From Dendrobates tinctorius (Eukaryota), in the NCBI RefSeq assembly GCF_039654945.1, contig NW_027361696.1, positions 50,034,001 to 50,098,000 of the forward strand: a stretch of DNA of 64,000 bases, in the 5' to 3' direction. The translations under genes were made by a program, and so were the position numbers. The notes under the pieces are model-generated. The model saw nothing but the letters and a program-made list of their open reading frames with translations. It was not told where the DNA came from and did no database searches. Below, piece by piece: positions 13,297-25,636 of the stretch (position 1 is its first letter; each line of letters starts with the position of its first letter).

Positions 13297-13943
13297 CTGC
13301 CAAGTTCTTTTGAGGTCTTTTCTATTTTGGCCTTCAACGATGGCGCATCTAGTTTGTATGGCTCGAAACCAGACATCAGGAAAAGTGGTAAAGCTTCTTT
13401 CTTTGCAACATCATTAAATGGCATGAGGACAACCTTCCGCAATGCTGACAATACTTCTACCCTGGAGTACTCTTCCTTCATCCTCCTCCTTAAGGTGTGC
13501 AAATCGCAGTCTACCTTGGTGCGCACCAAGCAGAGTCTTTTCCCCTGAGAAAGGGCACTGAGAGCCAAGTCAACATGGGCTTGCGTGAACTGAGCATCAG
13601 TGACCAAAAGCAGAAGGTCGGCCTCGGTTATCCACTTTTCCGGAGATCCATCATCTAGTGGGAGCTCCCAGAAGGTTAGACCAGGGTGGGAAGGGTGAAG
13701 GTACAGCAATGGACCATCAGGCTTATTAGGATGGAGAAATGCTGCTCTCGAATTTTGGCTATTCTCATTGAAGCCAAGAAGTGCCTGTATCAAAACTGTT
13801 TTGCCAACACCTGGTCCTCCTGCAATGGCCACGGAAAAGTCCCAACAGTCTTCAGGAGGAGGATCCTCATGGTGTCCTTCATTTTCATCTTCCAGTTGCT
13901 TGAATTCAACCTCCTTCAGGCTCAACTCACTAAATGTCTCCAT
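13297..13943 (-). CDS. irgq: IRGQ orthologue, first coding exon (acidic N-terminus and N-terminal P-loop G-domain)
   Basis: Acceptor ttttgcAG|GTTATG (exon starts 13946, ATG 13943); donor GGCAG|GTGGGT at 13296; P-loop GGPGVGKT, G4 RTKVD, G5-like SGFE; PGLTFWELP..KWITEADLLLLV resembles human IRGQ PGLFLGELS..PWAAEANVLVLV. Confidence 0.88.
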
Positions 13944-14608
13944 AACCTGCAAAAGATGGAAAAATTGCAAAATATGAAGAATTATGGCCCGACTAGTTAT
14001 AGCATAATTTTTTGGTCTAGTTTTTAGGCCTTTTTTGGCTGTTTTTCCTCATTCTTATTTTCATTTGTATGCTTTTTTTTTAATCTATGTTATACGTGTT
14101 CACCTGTTTTAGGTTAATTATTATTGACAAGGTTTCTCCATCTTGTCCATTTTTTCAGTGAGCAGAAATCAGACTGCACTCAAATGACATCTGAGTACAG
14201 TCCAATGTTTCCAACGGACTCACTGACTTGCATGGTTGAGTGCGATCCGAATATTGAATCAAACTGGGGCATGCAGAGATTTGTCCTATGGACCCTGAGA
14301 CCAACTTTGGTTTGAGCGCAATCTAATGTTTTGTTTGATTGCACTAGGACCGAAATTCCTCTTGTGTACACCTGCCCTTAAAGGGGTATTCTGGTCAAAG
14401 CAAGTTATCACTAATTCAGTTGGCTGGCGATATCAGCTGAATAGGTATGCATACAACCACTGGGACCTCCACTGATGCCATCAGTTCTCTCATAATCACA
14501 ACACTACAGCCAGGAGGGGGTCGAACCTCAAGCCTGGACAAGCCCTTTAAGAGGCACACACCTCTTAATGAAAATGGTGCATCTTACCCCAGCACACTTC
14601 ATCTAGAT

Positions 14609-14804
14609 CAGCGATTCCTAAACTCCAGTCCTCACGGCCCCTAACAGATCATGTTTTGAGGATTACCCCAGTATTGGACAAGTGAGAGAACCTGCAGCAA
14701 TTTCTCATGCCTTGATAATAATTCCATCACCTGTGCAATTCTAAGGAAATCCTGAAAACATGATCCTTTGGGTCATCGTGAGGACTAGCGATTTGGAAAC
14801 GCTG
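14609..14804. mobile_element. hAT (Charlie-like) MITE
   Basis: CAG...CTG termini, long TIRs, 8-bp duplication ATCTAGAT/ACCTAGAT. Same family as 22100..22276. Confidence 0.75.
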
Positions 14805-15329
14805 ACCTAGATCTAGTCCCATCGAGGATCCCTGCACTCTTCCAGAGAAGGCCACCGATACACTAAAGGTTTACATAAACTTTGCCCCTTTCAACCAAGA
14901 AGTCCCAGAAAATGCACGACAGTTGGCAACTTTAGAAACCACGGTCCGTCTACAGACTGAAATGTGGACTTATGAGCCCGGCCTCATTAAGGTGAAGCAC
15001 AACTCCCCAGCTGTTAAAAACTACAGCTCTTATCATGCTCCGACAGCTATGGGATGCTAGGTGTTGTAGTCCTTCAACAACTGAAGGGGCCAGAGGCTAT
15101 TAGGCCATGCTGAATTCAGCAGCTGGAGCGCCACAGATTGGCGATCATTCAAGGGGCACATTTCATTGATGCAGCCGAAAAGGAACCCAAAGAGTAAGGG
15201 GGTCCATTTCTACCTCTAAAACAGGTGGAATTGTGCATTTTAGTGAGCTACAGGACTGCAAGGGGCCCATATATTGTTCTTACACAGGGGCCCTTTTTTG
15301 TCTGTGTCCACCAGTGCAATCATTACAAC

Positions 15330-15634
15330 TAGTGATGAGCTGTGCGATAAGGCGTTAACTGAGCATGCTCGGGTGTTAACTGGGTGTCTTTGGAGTGCTC
15401 GAATAATATGTTCGAGTCCCCGCGGCTGCATGTCTCACGCCTGTTCAATAGTCGTAACACATGCAGAGATTGTCTATTTGTTAGGCAGCCCCCGCATGTG
15501 TTGTGGCTGTTGAACAGCCAAGAGGCATGCAGCAACGGGGACTCCAACATATTAGTCGAGCATGCCAAAGACACTCAGCCAGCACATGAGCATGCTCGGA
15601 TAACACCTTATCCAACCACGTTCGCTCTTCACTA
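15330..15634. mobile_element. hAT MITE (TAGTGATGAGC termini)
   Basis: Perfect 8-bp duplication ATTACAAC; TIR TAGTGATGAGC...GCTCTTCACTA; palindromic interior. Confidence 0.85.
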
Positions 15635-15877
15635 ATTACAACAGGGAATATAAAGAGAGGTAGCAGACCTTAGGTCGTGTTCACACAGAGTAAATGCTGC
15701 ATTTTTTTTCCGCTGCATTTATTAGTTCAAGCACCTCAGATGTGATTTCACGAAAACTCGTGAACTGTGGTATAAAGACTGTCTTTTTTGCTATGTATTT
15801 TTCCTCTATTGTAGAACAAAAGGCGTATAAAAAAAAGCATAATTGCGTTAAGTGCAGAATCAAAGATAAACCTGCAC

Positions 15878-16136
15878 TAGTGATGAGCGCGCATCCCTGA
15901 AGTGTTATCCGAGCACGCTCATGTCCTAATCGAGTATTTTCGGCGTGCTAAAAAAAACGCTCGAGTCCCCGTGGCTGCATGTCTCGCGGCTGTTCGACAG
16001 GCAATTCCTGCTTGTGTTGCAGCAGTCGAACAACCGCGAGACATGCAGCCGTGGGGACTCGAGCACCCTGAAAATACTTGATTAGGACACGAGCGTGCTT
16101 GGATAACACCTCATCAGAGACGCCCGCTCATCACTG
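15878..16136. mobile_element. hAT MITE (TAGTGATGAGCG termini)
   Basis: TIR TAGTGATGAGCG...CGCTCATCACTG; same family as 15330..15634 and 31588..31784; degraded TSD. Confidence 0.75.
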
Positions 16137-16229
16137 ATCTCTACCAAAAATGCATCAAATAAAGAGGAAAACACTTAAATGCAGCAAAACCACAGAGATT
16201 GATTTTTAGTATTTTGGAGCAAAATCAAA

Positions 16230-16775
16230 ACGCAGTCGAAATAGAAAACCCCGCAGCATTTATGCTACATGTGCATAATAATCCAAATCTAGGGATAGGA
16301 AAGGAGGCAGTGCAGGGATTAGGTCAGGATCAGATGGGAAGTGGGGAAGAAATGGAAACCATGTTACAAAAGGAGGGTGGAAGGAAACAATGTATTTCTG
16401 TAAATATTTGTGGTTACAGTGTATCGCATCGGGGGACATAATGGTCATCAGACAAATGTGGCATGCAGGGGGGATAGAGATGGGGTTGGGGGTCTCCTTT
16501 GCTCACTGGTTTCAGGTGCAGCAGATCTCCTGGTGGAAGGAGCCAGCCAGTGGATGTCAGGGCCTGGCCTTGCTCTATCAGCAGCTGATTCAGGGTGTAT
16601 ATATGTATCTCTCCTCCTCCTTCCTCTCACATGTCCCTGTTTTCCTTCCTCCTCTCTGCAGTGACGCTGCTATATCCCCTCCCTGTCCAGCGCTGTATAC
16701 AGCACAGCGGCCTGCCAGCTGTCATCTACTACTCCCCCTGTCTATTGTGTAGCATCCATACACCAGGCAAGTATA
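16230..16775. promoter_or_regulatory. Putative bidirectional promoter and non-coding first exons of the two IRGQ genes
   Basis: Both ATGs sit 2-3 nt after a splice acceptor, so non-coding first exons must lie between the genes. Candidate minus-strand donor CCA|GTGAGC (16506) and plus-strand GC-type donor CAG|GCAAGT (16767) face outward about 260 bp apart. GAAANNGAAA motifs at 16238-47 and 16349-58. Confidence 0.5.
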
Positions 16776-17238
16776 TATTTATGCGTCCTTTCAGCCTACC
16801 CTTTTGCCCGCCATCCTGACCCTCTGTGTGTAGTTCTGCCCCTTTGTCGTGCAACCCCATTGTTGCCTCGTATTGTTGTCATGTTTGCATTTTGCTATGG
16901 CCTAGAAGTGAAGCTGGCAGCAACGCTGGGGTGGCAGCAGGGGCACAAACGCATGATACCATCAGATAGGATAGCCCGAAATTAATCCTATACTAAAGCA
17001 CATGACAAGTTTTGCCAGGGCATATTTGCAGAAAGTAGAGAATTGCCACTTTGCCACAGCAGATATCCCCTTCCCCGTGTCTCTCAACGACCGCTTTAGC
17101 AAAAGTCCTTATAAATCTTTCATGCGATGCTATTTTAGAGATATGTATGTCAGTGCTTTCTCGTGGTGCTTACTCGTTGGGATCTTTTGTTCATTTTTTC
17201 AATCTCTTGTTTTAACCTCTTTTGCAAAAAAAACAGAA

Positions 17239-17882
17239 ATGGCCGACGTTGAGATACCTGAAGACGTGGCATCCGGACCACCTGCACTTGAGACACCACC
17301 TCCAGAATCTCTACACTTCACCATTGCCATCATCGGACCAAGAGGTTCTGGAAAGACCACACTAGTCCGATCTCTTTGTAACCACACGGAACAATTCGGT
17401 CCTGGTTTCCTAGACTCCTACTTTAGGGATGAGAGTGAAGAACATGGGGTTGAGCGGCACACTTATCCATCTTTACCTAATGTTACTCTCCTTGATTGCC
17501 CGGGGTATAAACCTGGTGACTCTGCTACGGTATATGTAGACAGCATCAAGCCAGACATGGTGCACTGCCTGGTGGTAACGTTTGGGGAGACCATCACTGA
17601 TGCAGACTTGCAGATACTGGGGGCCATAAAACACTTAGGGAAGCCCGTCTGTATGGTGCAAACGCATATAGACCTCACTATGCACACAGAAAAGAGACAG
17701 CAGGGGAAGGGTTACTGGAGAGGGCAAACACTGATGGGCATGAGGGGTAAAGTGCAGGAACAGCTGGGTGGGCATGGGATGCCAGGGTCCAGTATATTTC
17801 TGGTGTCGGGTCTAGAACCACAAAACTACGACTTCCAAGGAATGGTGGATTATATTGAGAAGGAAATTCTGCAATGGAAGAG
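17239..17882 (+). CDS. IRGQ-like paralogue (IRG family), first coding exon: N-terminal G-domain
   Basis: Acceptor aaacAG|AAATG; G1 GPRGSGKTT, IRG-type YPSLPNVTLLDCPG (G3 DxxG), G4 variant QTHID, FLVSG; donor AAGAG|GTGAGA (phase 2). Confidence 0.85.
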
Positions 17883-18170
17883 GTGAGAGATGGCGATCGA
17901 TGCGACACTTTACATTTGGAGACTGTATATAAAGTTAGAATCTTATAGCCATTAACCCTTTGTAAATTGAAGCCGACCTCTGTGATTGAGATATATGTTG
18001 TATGAGGGGGTTCACCATGTAATTCATGGACTCGTGAGCCGGAGTCACCCTCAATCACATCCATATGGCCTGTTTGAAATTTTGGCATGCAGAGAAGCAG
18101 GAGGTTAAACTAAAGGTACACTTATCCCGACAGTGGCTGTATTATATCATTCCCTTTAGGGTTAGTGTAA

Positions 18171-18350
18171 GGCCGGGGTAATACTTGCAAGTGCAATGCG
18201 AGAAACTTCCCTCAATTCCCAGCACTGCCGCCGGCACTCGAGATCGGAGTGTGCTGCTGCATGTCGCAGCTGAATGCTCCTGTCCGAACCGCCGGTGGTA
18301 GTGCCAGGTATTGAGGCAAGAGACTTGCACTCGCAAGTGTGACCCCAGCC
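18171..18350. mobile_element. Harbinger-type MITE in intron of IRGQ-like gene
   Basis: TIR GGCCGGGGTAATACTTGCAAGTGCAA / TTGCACTCGCAAGTGTGACCCCAGCC; TAA on the left. Confidence 0.6.
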
Positions 18351-18879
18351 TATGGCAAAAATACGCCATTGCTTCATGGCGCAGGCGCGGACCTCCATCC
18401 ACACAGCAGGGGTGCCAGCTGTGTTATACATCTGGCACCGAAGAGTGACCGTAATCTTTCACTGTATACTGCCATACTGAAGTATCATAATATAGAGAGC
18501 AAGCGACCAAACTCAACTAAAAAAATGAAATGTAGAAAAAAAATACATAGAAAATTTGAATCTCCTTTTTTTGTAGATAATATTAAAAAAAAATTTTGGT
18601 ATTGCCGTCTCTGTAAAACATGACTACTTTCTCCCGGAAACACACCTGTTCATAGGTTGTGAGTGGTATTGCAGATCACGTTTTAATAATGTCTAATTAT
18701 GAACAGGGTAAATAGGACATCATTTTGAGGGGCAGAAAGTGGGAAAGTCTTGTTTGTCTTTATATGAATGTGAATTACCCACTGGATACAATCCAATCGA
18801 TTCCTCTTTATAAAATGCAGTCTGATAAAGCGCCAATGAGACCCCGGCCTTAAAGTAACTTGTCTATTTTTGTTTTCAG

Positions 18880-19924
18880 GCCCGTCCCTTTTACTACTGA
18901 ACCTCACTGTCAAGAACTAGTGTCAGTATTTGAGGTCCAATGTGACCAAGAAGGACTTTCAGAGTTCTGCTCTCTCCTCAGCATCTTCTTAGATAACCCC
19001 CCGCCTGTGTCCGCCGTGGTGGGTGTGACTGGCAGCGATAAAGAAGCGACGGTCTCCGCTCTCTGTGAGCCCCCACTTTCTGGTCTTGTAGTGAAGCCGC
19101 TCCCTGGGCCAGGGACACCCCCCATGTCTGTGGAGCAGTATCTACAGAACTTGCAGTCGGAGGCCTGTGATGTCTACCTGATTCTAGGCTCGGGGATGGA
19201 CAACAGCTCCCGCGCTATACTGGTTGAAGCCTTGGTGGCAGCTGGCAAACACTGTATGCTGATCGGCGGAGAGGGAGATAGGAGACACAAACATGATGCC
19301 AATGGGCAAGAGGGGGGCAGTAAAAAATGCCATGCTGGCACTGACCTACCTGGACTTAGGGTAGCATTAGAGAAGGGAGCTCCACAGTTGGTCAGGGAAA
19401 GGCTCCTGCATGCCATTCCCACCATAATTGTCCAGCTGGTAAGAAGAGAGCGGAGAAGACTTATGATGGGCATATATGATGTCTCTTTAGATGTATGTGC
19501 CAAGTCAAGTCAAGGGCATTTGCAAGATGCCCTGGCCACCCTTTCCTCCAAGTTGTCGTCGTTACGCGCCCGCTTTGGTTTGGATGAAGATTCCCTGACT
19601 CTAATATCACAAGTGACAGGGTGCAGTCCTGAGGACTTGCGTGCGGAAATTCAGTGCCCCCTGACACAGGATCCAACCGAGGACCAACTGCTTCAACTGA
19701 CGTCGCAACCACTTTCTCTGACGGAGCTCGTCTGGAGTTACGTACCCCGCTGGGGCGGAGGAGAAGAGTCTTCCTCTAAACTGTCTGCAGACCGTACCTA
19801 CCATCTACTGGTGGAGGCCGTATGGGGCATGGCGGAGGATGCGGAGAGGGTACTGCTACATGGCTGTACGAATCAAAAGGTGGCAAAAGAAAGGACTGCC
19901 TTCTGCCACTGGCCTTGCGTGTGA
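18880..19924 (+). CDS. IRGQ-like paralogue, last coding exon (highly eroded second G-domain and IRG helical C-terminus)
   Basis: Acceptor ttttgttttcAG|G, phase 2, joins in frame (1689 nt, 562 aa); IRG C-terminal signatures RARFGLDEDSL, LRAEIQCP, MAEDAERVL. Confidence 0.85.
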
Positions 19925-21300
19925 TTGTTGTCATGTAGAGCTGTGGCCCCCTAAATACATATTTATGCTTTGATGTATCTCTATCTGGGCGGCAAGCTTG
20001 GCATCGCCCTTAAATCTTGTAAGAGCAAAACCTACCAGAGAAACAATCTGTGCACCAAGTATTAGCATAGACGAGGAACAAACCAATCTAGTGCACTGTC
20101 TGTTGTCGGCTTTCTCCATATGTCGCTTGCCCTACCGTATACCTGGGCATTAGCCGTTTCTGATATCTAATGTATTATACATGCATGGAGTTTCTTCTGC
20201 GTACATGCCAATGTGATACCCGGGTGTTGTGTAATAAAGCAGTAATGTGTATGCCAAACTCCGTATCATCCTATAAGCATGGATGATATGATAATAGGAT
20301 GGTGAATGGGAACAGCTGATGGCAGCAGTGTCCTGTGATGTCATGTTTAATAGGGGGACCCCATAAAACAATTTCTGTTTGTCAAGAAACCTGTTTGTTG
20401 CCTAAAGATCACGTAGAATAACCACACAATATGCCGTATCGTAGTACCAATGTGCCACTCACTAATGTTCTTGCAGCATAATTAGAGATGAGCATTAAGA
20501 TTCACTCTACCCTTTACCGGCAGCCACTTCTGTGCTCCATTGTAGCCGGACCAAGGCACTATGAACTTCTTTGCCTGGCACTTGAATGCCGGGAACCTTG
20601 CAATGACTACACTCCCGTGACTTTCATAATATTGTGGGGGTATAGTAATTGCAAGAGGCGTCAAGAATGCCAATATTCGAGTGCCGGGCAAGGAAGACTG
20701 CACTGCCACAGTGACTGCCCCCATTTCCCCCCACCTTTTTGGAGAAGGCATTTGACTTTTAGATATGCTGCAACGGGACGACTCAGAAATAAATCGCACG
20801 CACTTTTGGGCAATCTAATATATGTATTCCTCTGGTACACAAGCAGGAGAATGACAACTTGTTTGCACTGATTGATTGGAAATTGCATTGTGCGATAGTA
20901 AATAGCTGCAATTTGCATATGTGCATTAGCACTATGACTGCCATAGTTTCTATCGGCTCATCAGAATAACGACTTCTCCACAGTTGCGTGGAAAAAAAAA
21001 AAAAAAAAAAAAAGCATGTTATAACAGCGTGTCATCCGGAGTGCTCACAACAGGTGTGAACAGGTGTAAGCTCTTATCGACATGTCTGATTACCATCTCG
21101 TGTCTTGTTTTCATGACTTGGCTAATAAACGGGTTGTTGTCGCACAAATTCTCATCATGTTCTTTTACTTTCTGCGCGGCTGGGACATGCGGGTGTTGAT
21201 CCGGTGATCACACATGTCATTGTTATGGAGCTTATAGATTTTTACGCAGCACAGCAAAATACGCTTTCCCATGCAGAAGGCCACCACAAAAACCACCTAA

Positions 21301-21678
21301 GGGTATGTGCACACGCTGCGGATTCTGCTGCGTTTCCGCAGCGTTTTTGGCCGCTGCGGACCCGCAGCAGTTTTAGCTGCGGTGTACAGTACCATTCAAA
21401 TGAGTGGTAAAAAAAAACGCTGTGTAGACGTTGCGGAAAAATCCGCGCGGATTTGCTGCGGTTTTGAAACCGCAGAAAGAAGTGACATGTCAATTCTTTC
21501 TGCGGAAACCGCAGCGGGTTCCTATCTCCACCATTGTGGAGATGGTGAATCCGCAGGACCAAACCGCAGGCAAAACCGCAGATAATCCGCAGGTCTTTTG
21601 ACCTGCGGTTTATCTGCGGTTTTTGCAAAATCCGAGCGGATTAATCCGCAGCGGATTCCACAGCGTCTGCACACACCC
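21301..21678. mobile_element. Harbinger-type MITE (GGGTATGTGCACACG family)
   Basis: TIR with TAA/TAA duplication; CCGCAG/GCGGA-rich interior. Copies at 25297, 28223, 33344 and 51995. Confidence 0.85.
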
Positions 21679-22099
21679 TAACCGGTTTTACAACGGCGGC
21701 CCTATGGTCATCCAGACTTTTTGACGTCTTCCTTATGAGTGAACCACTGACCACTACTTATCTCAATCGCAAAGGTCTACCAAAACCCAGTTGGTACTAT
21801 TGTAAGTCTAAGGTCAGGTGCACACCACATTTTCTGTCTGAATGCGATCCGGCAAAACATTGGACACCCAGACCAATGCTATTCTATGGTGCCGATTTTT
21901 AATCTTTTTTCCTTAAACTGAGCTGGCCCGAGTTTGATCCAATTATCGACCATGCAAGTCAATGAGTATGTGGGAAACATCGGACTGCACTTGTATGACA
22001 ACTGAGTGCAGACCGATTTTTGCTCACTGACACAATGAAGAAGATGGAAATTTTGTTCTCCATCTTCTCACACTTTGCTCCAATTCTCTCATCCTAGAG

Positions 22100-22276
22100 C
22101 AGTGTTCCCCAACTCCAGTCCTCAAGAACTACCAACATGTCATGTTTTCAGGATCATGCACAGGTAATGGAATTCTTGCCTGTCCTAATGATGCAATTAT
22201 CACCTGGGCAATACTAAGGAAATCCTCAAAACATGACCTGTTGGTGGCTTTTGAGGATCGTAATTGGGGAACATTG
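22100..22276. mobile_element. hAT (Charlie-like) MITE
   Basis: Perfect 8-bp duplication TCCTAGAG; TIR CAGTGTTCCCCAA...TTGGGGAACATTG. Confidence 0.85.
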
Positions 22277-22537
22277 TCCTAGAGAATCAGATCATACCAT
22301 ACTGACACTCATATCAGAGTTTTATCAGGCTATCATTTGCATCATCAGCCCAATTTTCTTATCTGAATCTATGGCCGTCTAATCCTACCCTATTGTTGCC
22401 AGGGCGGACATCTCCCCTATTGTGCACCCTTACAAATCATCCACATCGCCTTCTAGTTTCTCCTACACAGCTTCATGCACATGGCTCAACTAAGAATCTC
22501 TACTGTTTGGCAATAGAGATGAGCGGACCAGAACTTT

Positions 22538-23770
22538 ATAATAATGAGTTTATTTCTATAGCGCCGACATATTCCGCAGCACTTTACATTTTAGAGGGGA
22601 CTTGTACATACAATGGACGTTACAGTGTAACAATAAACACATAGATCAAAACAGATACCAAGAGGAATGAGGGGAGACACGAAAGGTAGATGGTAACAAT
22701 TGCTTTCGTTGTTCTTACCAGCCAAAGTGTAAGAATCGGGTGTTCATGTAATGCTGCATTAACCAGTTATCAGCCTAAGGCCGGTCTCACACAGCCAGAT
22801 AATTCCGGTACTGGAGCTATCCGTGTCCGTGTGGACATGTCGTACCTCAGTGTGGCACACGTGTGGCAACCGTGTGCCGCACGTGAGCAGCATCAGGACC
22901 ACATGGACGGCGCCGGGAAGAAGCGCTACAGTAAGCCCTGTTCCCGGCGGCTGGTGCTGATTACGGCTGTCATTCTTCTCTCCTGCTCTGCCGGCAACAG
23001 CAAGCAGGAGAGAAAGAATGAATGAAAACTCGACGTGGGGTCCCCCTTAGTTTATGAACCAACCAGACGAAACTTATAGCTGGGGGCAGAGCAGGAGAGC
23101 AGAATGACAGCCGCGATCAGCACCAGCCGCAGGGGAACAGGGCTTACAGTAACGCTTCGTCCCGGCGGCCACAGTGAGCACGGACGAAAGTGTGAACTGT
23201 TCTCCGTGTACACGTGTTCAGCATTTTTGCGGACAGTGCGCTCCCACGAACACTGACATGTCTCCGTGTTTTTGTCAAGGACCGTGTGTCCGTGACAATA
23301 CGCTGACATGTGCATTCATTTTAATGTGTCTACGTGTGTCAGTGTCTCCGGTACGTGAGGAAACTGTCACTACACATATCGGAGCCACTGATGTGTGAAA
23401 CCGGCCTTAGTATGTAACAATACATACGCAGAGGGCTTTTAAATGCATAAAGTGTGTGAGAACATAATACGAGGAACCTGGATATGGTAAAAATTTTGAA
23501 TGGGCAACACAGGGATAGTTAGGTTAATGCGTTGAGAAGGTAGGCAAGTCTGAACAAATGCGTTTTTAGGCCATGCTTAAACCTGTGGGGATTGGGGATT
23601 AATCGTATTAACCTCGGTAGTGCATTCCAAAGAATTGGCGCAGCACGTGAAAAGTCTTGGAGACGGAATGGGAGGTTCTGATTATTGAGGATGTTAACCT
23701 CAGGTCATCAGCAGAACGGAGGGCACGGGTAGGGAGGTAGACTGAGACAAGGGAGGAGATGTAGGGTGGC
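22538..23770 (-). mobile_element. L2 LINE 3' fragment, interrupted by a MITE
   Basis: Minus-strand PPYISSLVSVYLPTRALRSAD (L2 ORF2 C-terminus); L2 3' tail GCGCTATAGAAATAAA...ATTAT at about 22540-22565. Confidence 0.75.
22779..23406. mobile_element. Harbinger-type MITE
   Basis: TIR GGCCGGTCTCACACA...TGTGTGAAACCGGCC, flanked by TAA/TTA; internal inverted segments. Confidence 0.75.
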
Positions 23771-25296
23771 TGAGCCATGGCGTTCATACCAGACACTTAG
23801 TGTCTGGTGTAGTGTCCGATGCTGAACTCTGAACATGGACTTCTCCCAAACTTTTCAGCGTTCCAGGGGAAAGTTGAGAGAGAGAAAATTTTCAAGCTCC
23901 AAAGTTGGAGTCCCCATACATTTCAATGGGGTACAGGTTCATGTTCAAGTTTGGGTAAAGTAATGATACCTGACTGAACTTAAGACCTAAAGTTCGGTCG
24001 TGTAACAGAAGAACCTGAACTTCCACCAGGCCGTTCATCCCTACTTGGCAACTGTTCACAATTTTCCAGGAATCCTGGGCATTTGTTAAACCCTGACCAA
24101 AAGTGGGCATTTTGGAGAGGACCCCCATATGACCAGAAGCAGGGTTGGTTAAAATTGCAAAGTGCTAACAATAACAAGCAGCTTTGCAACTTATTTGTTA
24201 CTGAAAATCTTCAAGAACGGTGAAGTTTTTAAATTTATTGCGTACTACTTGTTGCCTAGGTTGCTGACCACCTCTGGAGTCTACAAGAGGTGGCTGGTCT
24301 CCTAGTCAAGGATGGCAGTGCTTACAAAATCTTTCCAATAAAGCAGGTTGGGATCACTGAATCCAGCCAGCTCCAATGCAACTGCAAATATCCTATACTA
24401 CTGAGGCAAAGCAGCCTCCGCTTGCAAAATCGAAGCGCGCAGTTTACACTAGCGACGTGACCAAGGTGCTGGTTCGTACTGTCATGTGTCAGGAATGCAC
24501 TCCCTCTAGCAAGGCGCTCTTGTTTGAGATCATGAAACAACCCCTTTAAACGTCACCAACCCTAATACTCGTAATTGCCAACTTTTAGGGGTGCAGCCGA
24601 AACTTTTCCCATATAGCCTCGCTCCCTTTTAGAGGCCAACCCAGTCTGTGCCTATGTAAAGCGCCTTTCACGCCTCCTTCACCTCTCCTGAAAATGCGTT
24701 TGGACAAAGTGCTTTGTAGAACAACAGACCGTCCTAGGGTCACATATCAAAAAACTTTCCAACTTTGCCAACTTTTTTGGGAGCCCAGTTCTCATATTTT
24801 TTCCAGAAGATCGTAATATGGACCCCCATGGTAACTGTGATTATACCCCATTTTCTTTGCTTACGGATTCTGCGTCAAGTCATGTCGCATATCTTCTCGA
24901 AGCACTGCTGGTGGAGCGGAATTTGGGGCGTCAGAGAGTCATCAAATAGCGGCACGTGAATTGCGTTGAAGTGTCCAATATGGACTCTGCGTGTCCTCAT
25001 CCAGGGCCTGCGCAAACATTTTAAAACCCTTCGGACCATAAAAATGAATTCCTAATCTAGAAGTCACTGACACAAAACATGTAAAAAACAATAACAAACA
25101 TGAAAAACTAAAACTTTGGCTCATTTGGTTCATCATTTTCAGTTTTTCCCCCATGTCATTTTGGTTTTTGTTTTTGACTTTTTCCTTTTGCACTGGCAGA
25201 TTTTGCATCCAATACATCAAAATGGTGCACAATGTTTGACAAATTTGTCACCGATCCCCAAAGATGTTTTATTTTTGCTTTTTGGCGGCCTTTTTA

Positions 25297-25636
25297 CGGT
25301 GTGTGCACACGCTGCGGATTCTGCGGTGGATCCGCAGCAGTTTTTGTTGCGGTGTATAGTACCATAATATCCTATGGATATCAAAAACCGCTGTGCAGAC
25401 GGTGCGGATTTTTCCGCGCGGATTTGCTGCGGTTTCTAAACTGCAGAAAGAATTGACACGTCAATTCTTTCTGCGGATTTCGCTGCGGTTTGCCTTCTCC
25501 ATTGTAGAGATGATAAACTGCAGGGCAAAACCGTAGGTAAAAACCGCAGGTCTTTTGACCTGCAGATTTACCTGTGGATTTTACAAAATCCGCGCAGCCA
25601 AATCCGCAGAGCATTCCGCAGTGTGTGCACGTACCC
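25297..25636. mobile_element. Harbinger-type MITE (GTGCACACG family)
   Basis: TTA/TTA duplication; homologous to 21301..21678. Confidence 0.8.

Noticed and set aside
17002-17238. N-terminal hydrophobic extension of the 294-aa ORF (possible TM segment)
   Set aside because: It corresponds to the T-rich intron end before the acceptor at 17235-36; the likely start is ATG 17239.
10857-19924. Four separate single-exon IRG genes
   Set aside because: Phase-compatible splice sites join them into two genes, and the joined minus-strand product is collinear with IRGQ.
19907-19924. CaaX prenylation signal on the IRGQ-like paralogue (CHWPCV*)
   Set aside because: Cys is at -2 and -6, not -4; neither protein has an N-myristoylation Gly2.
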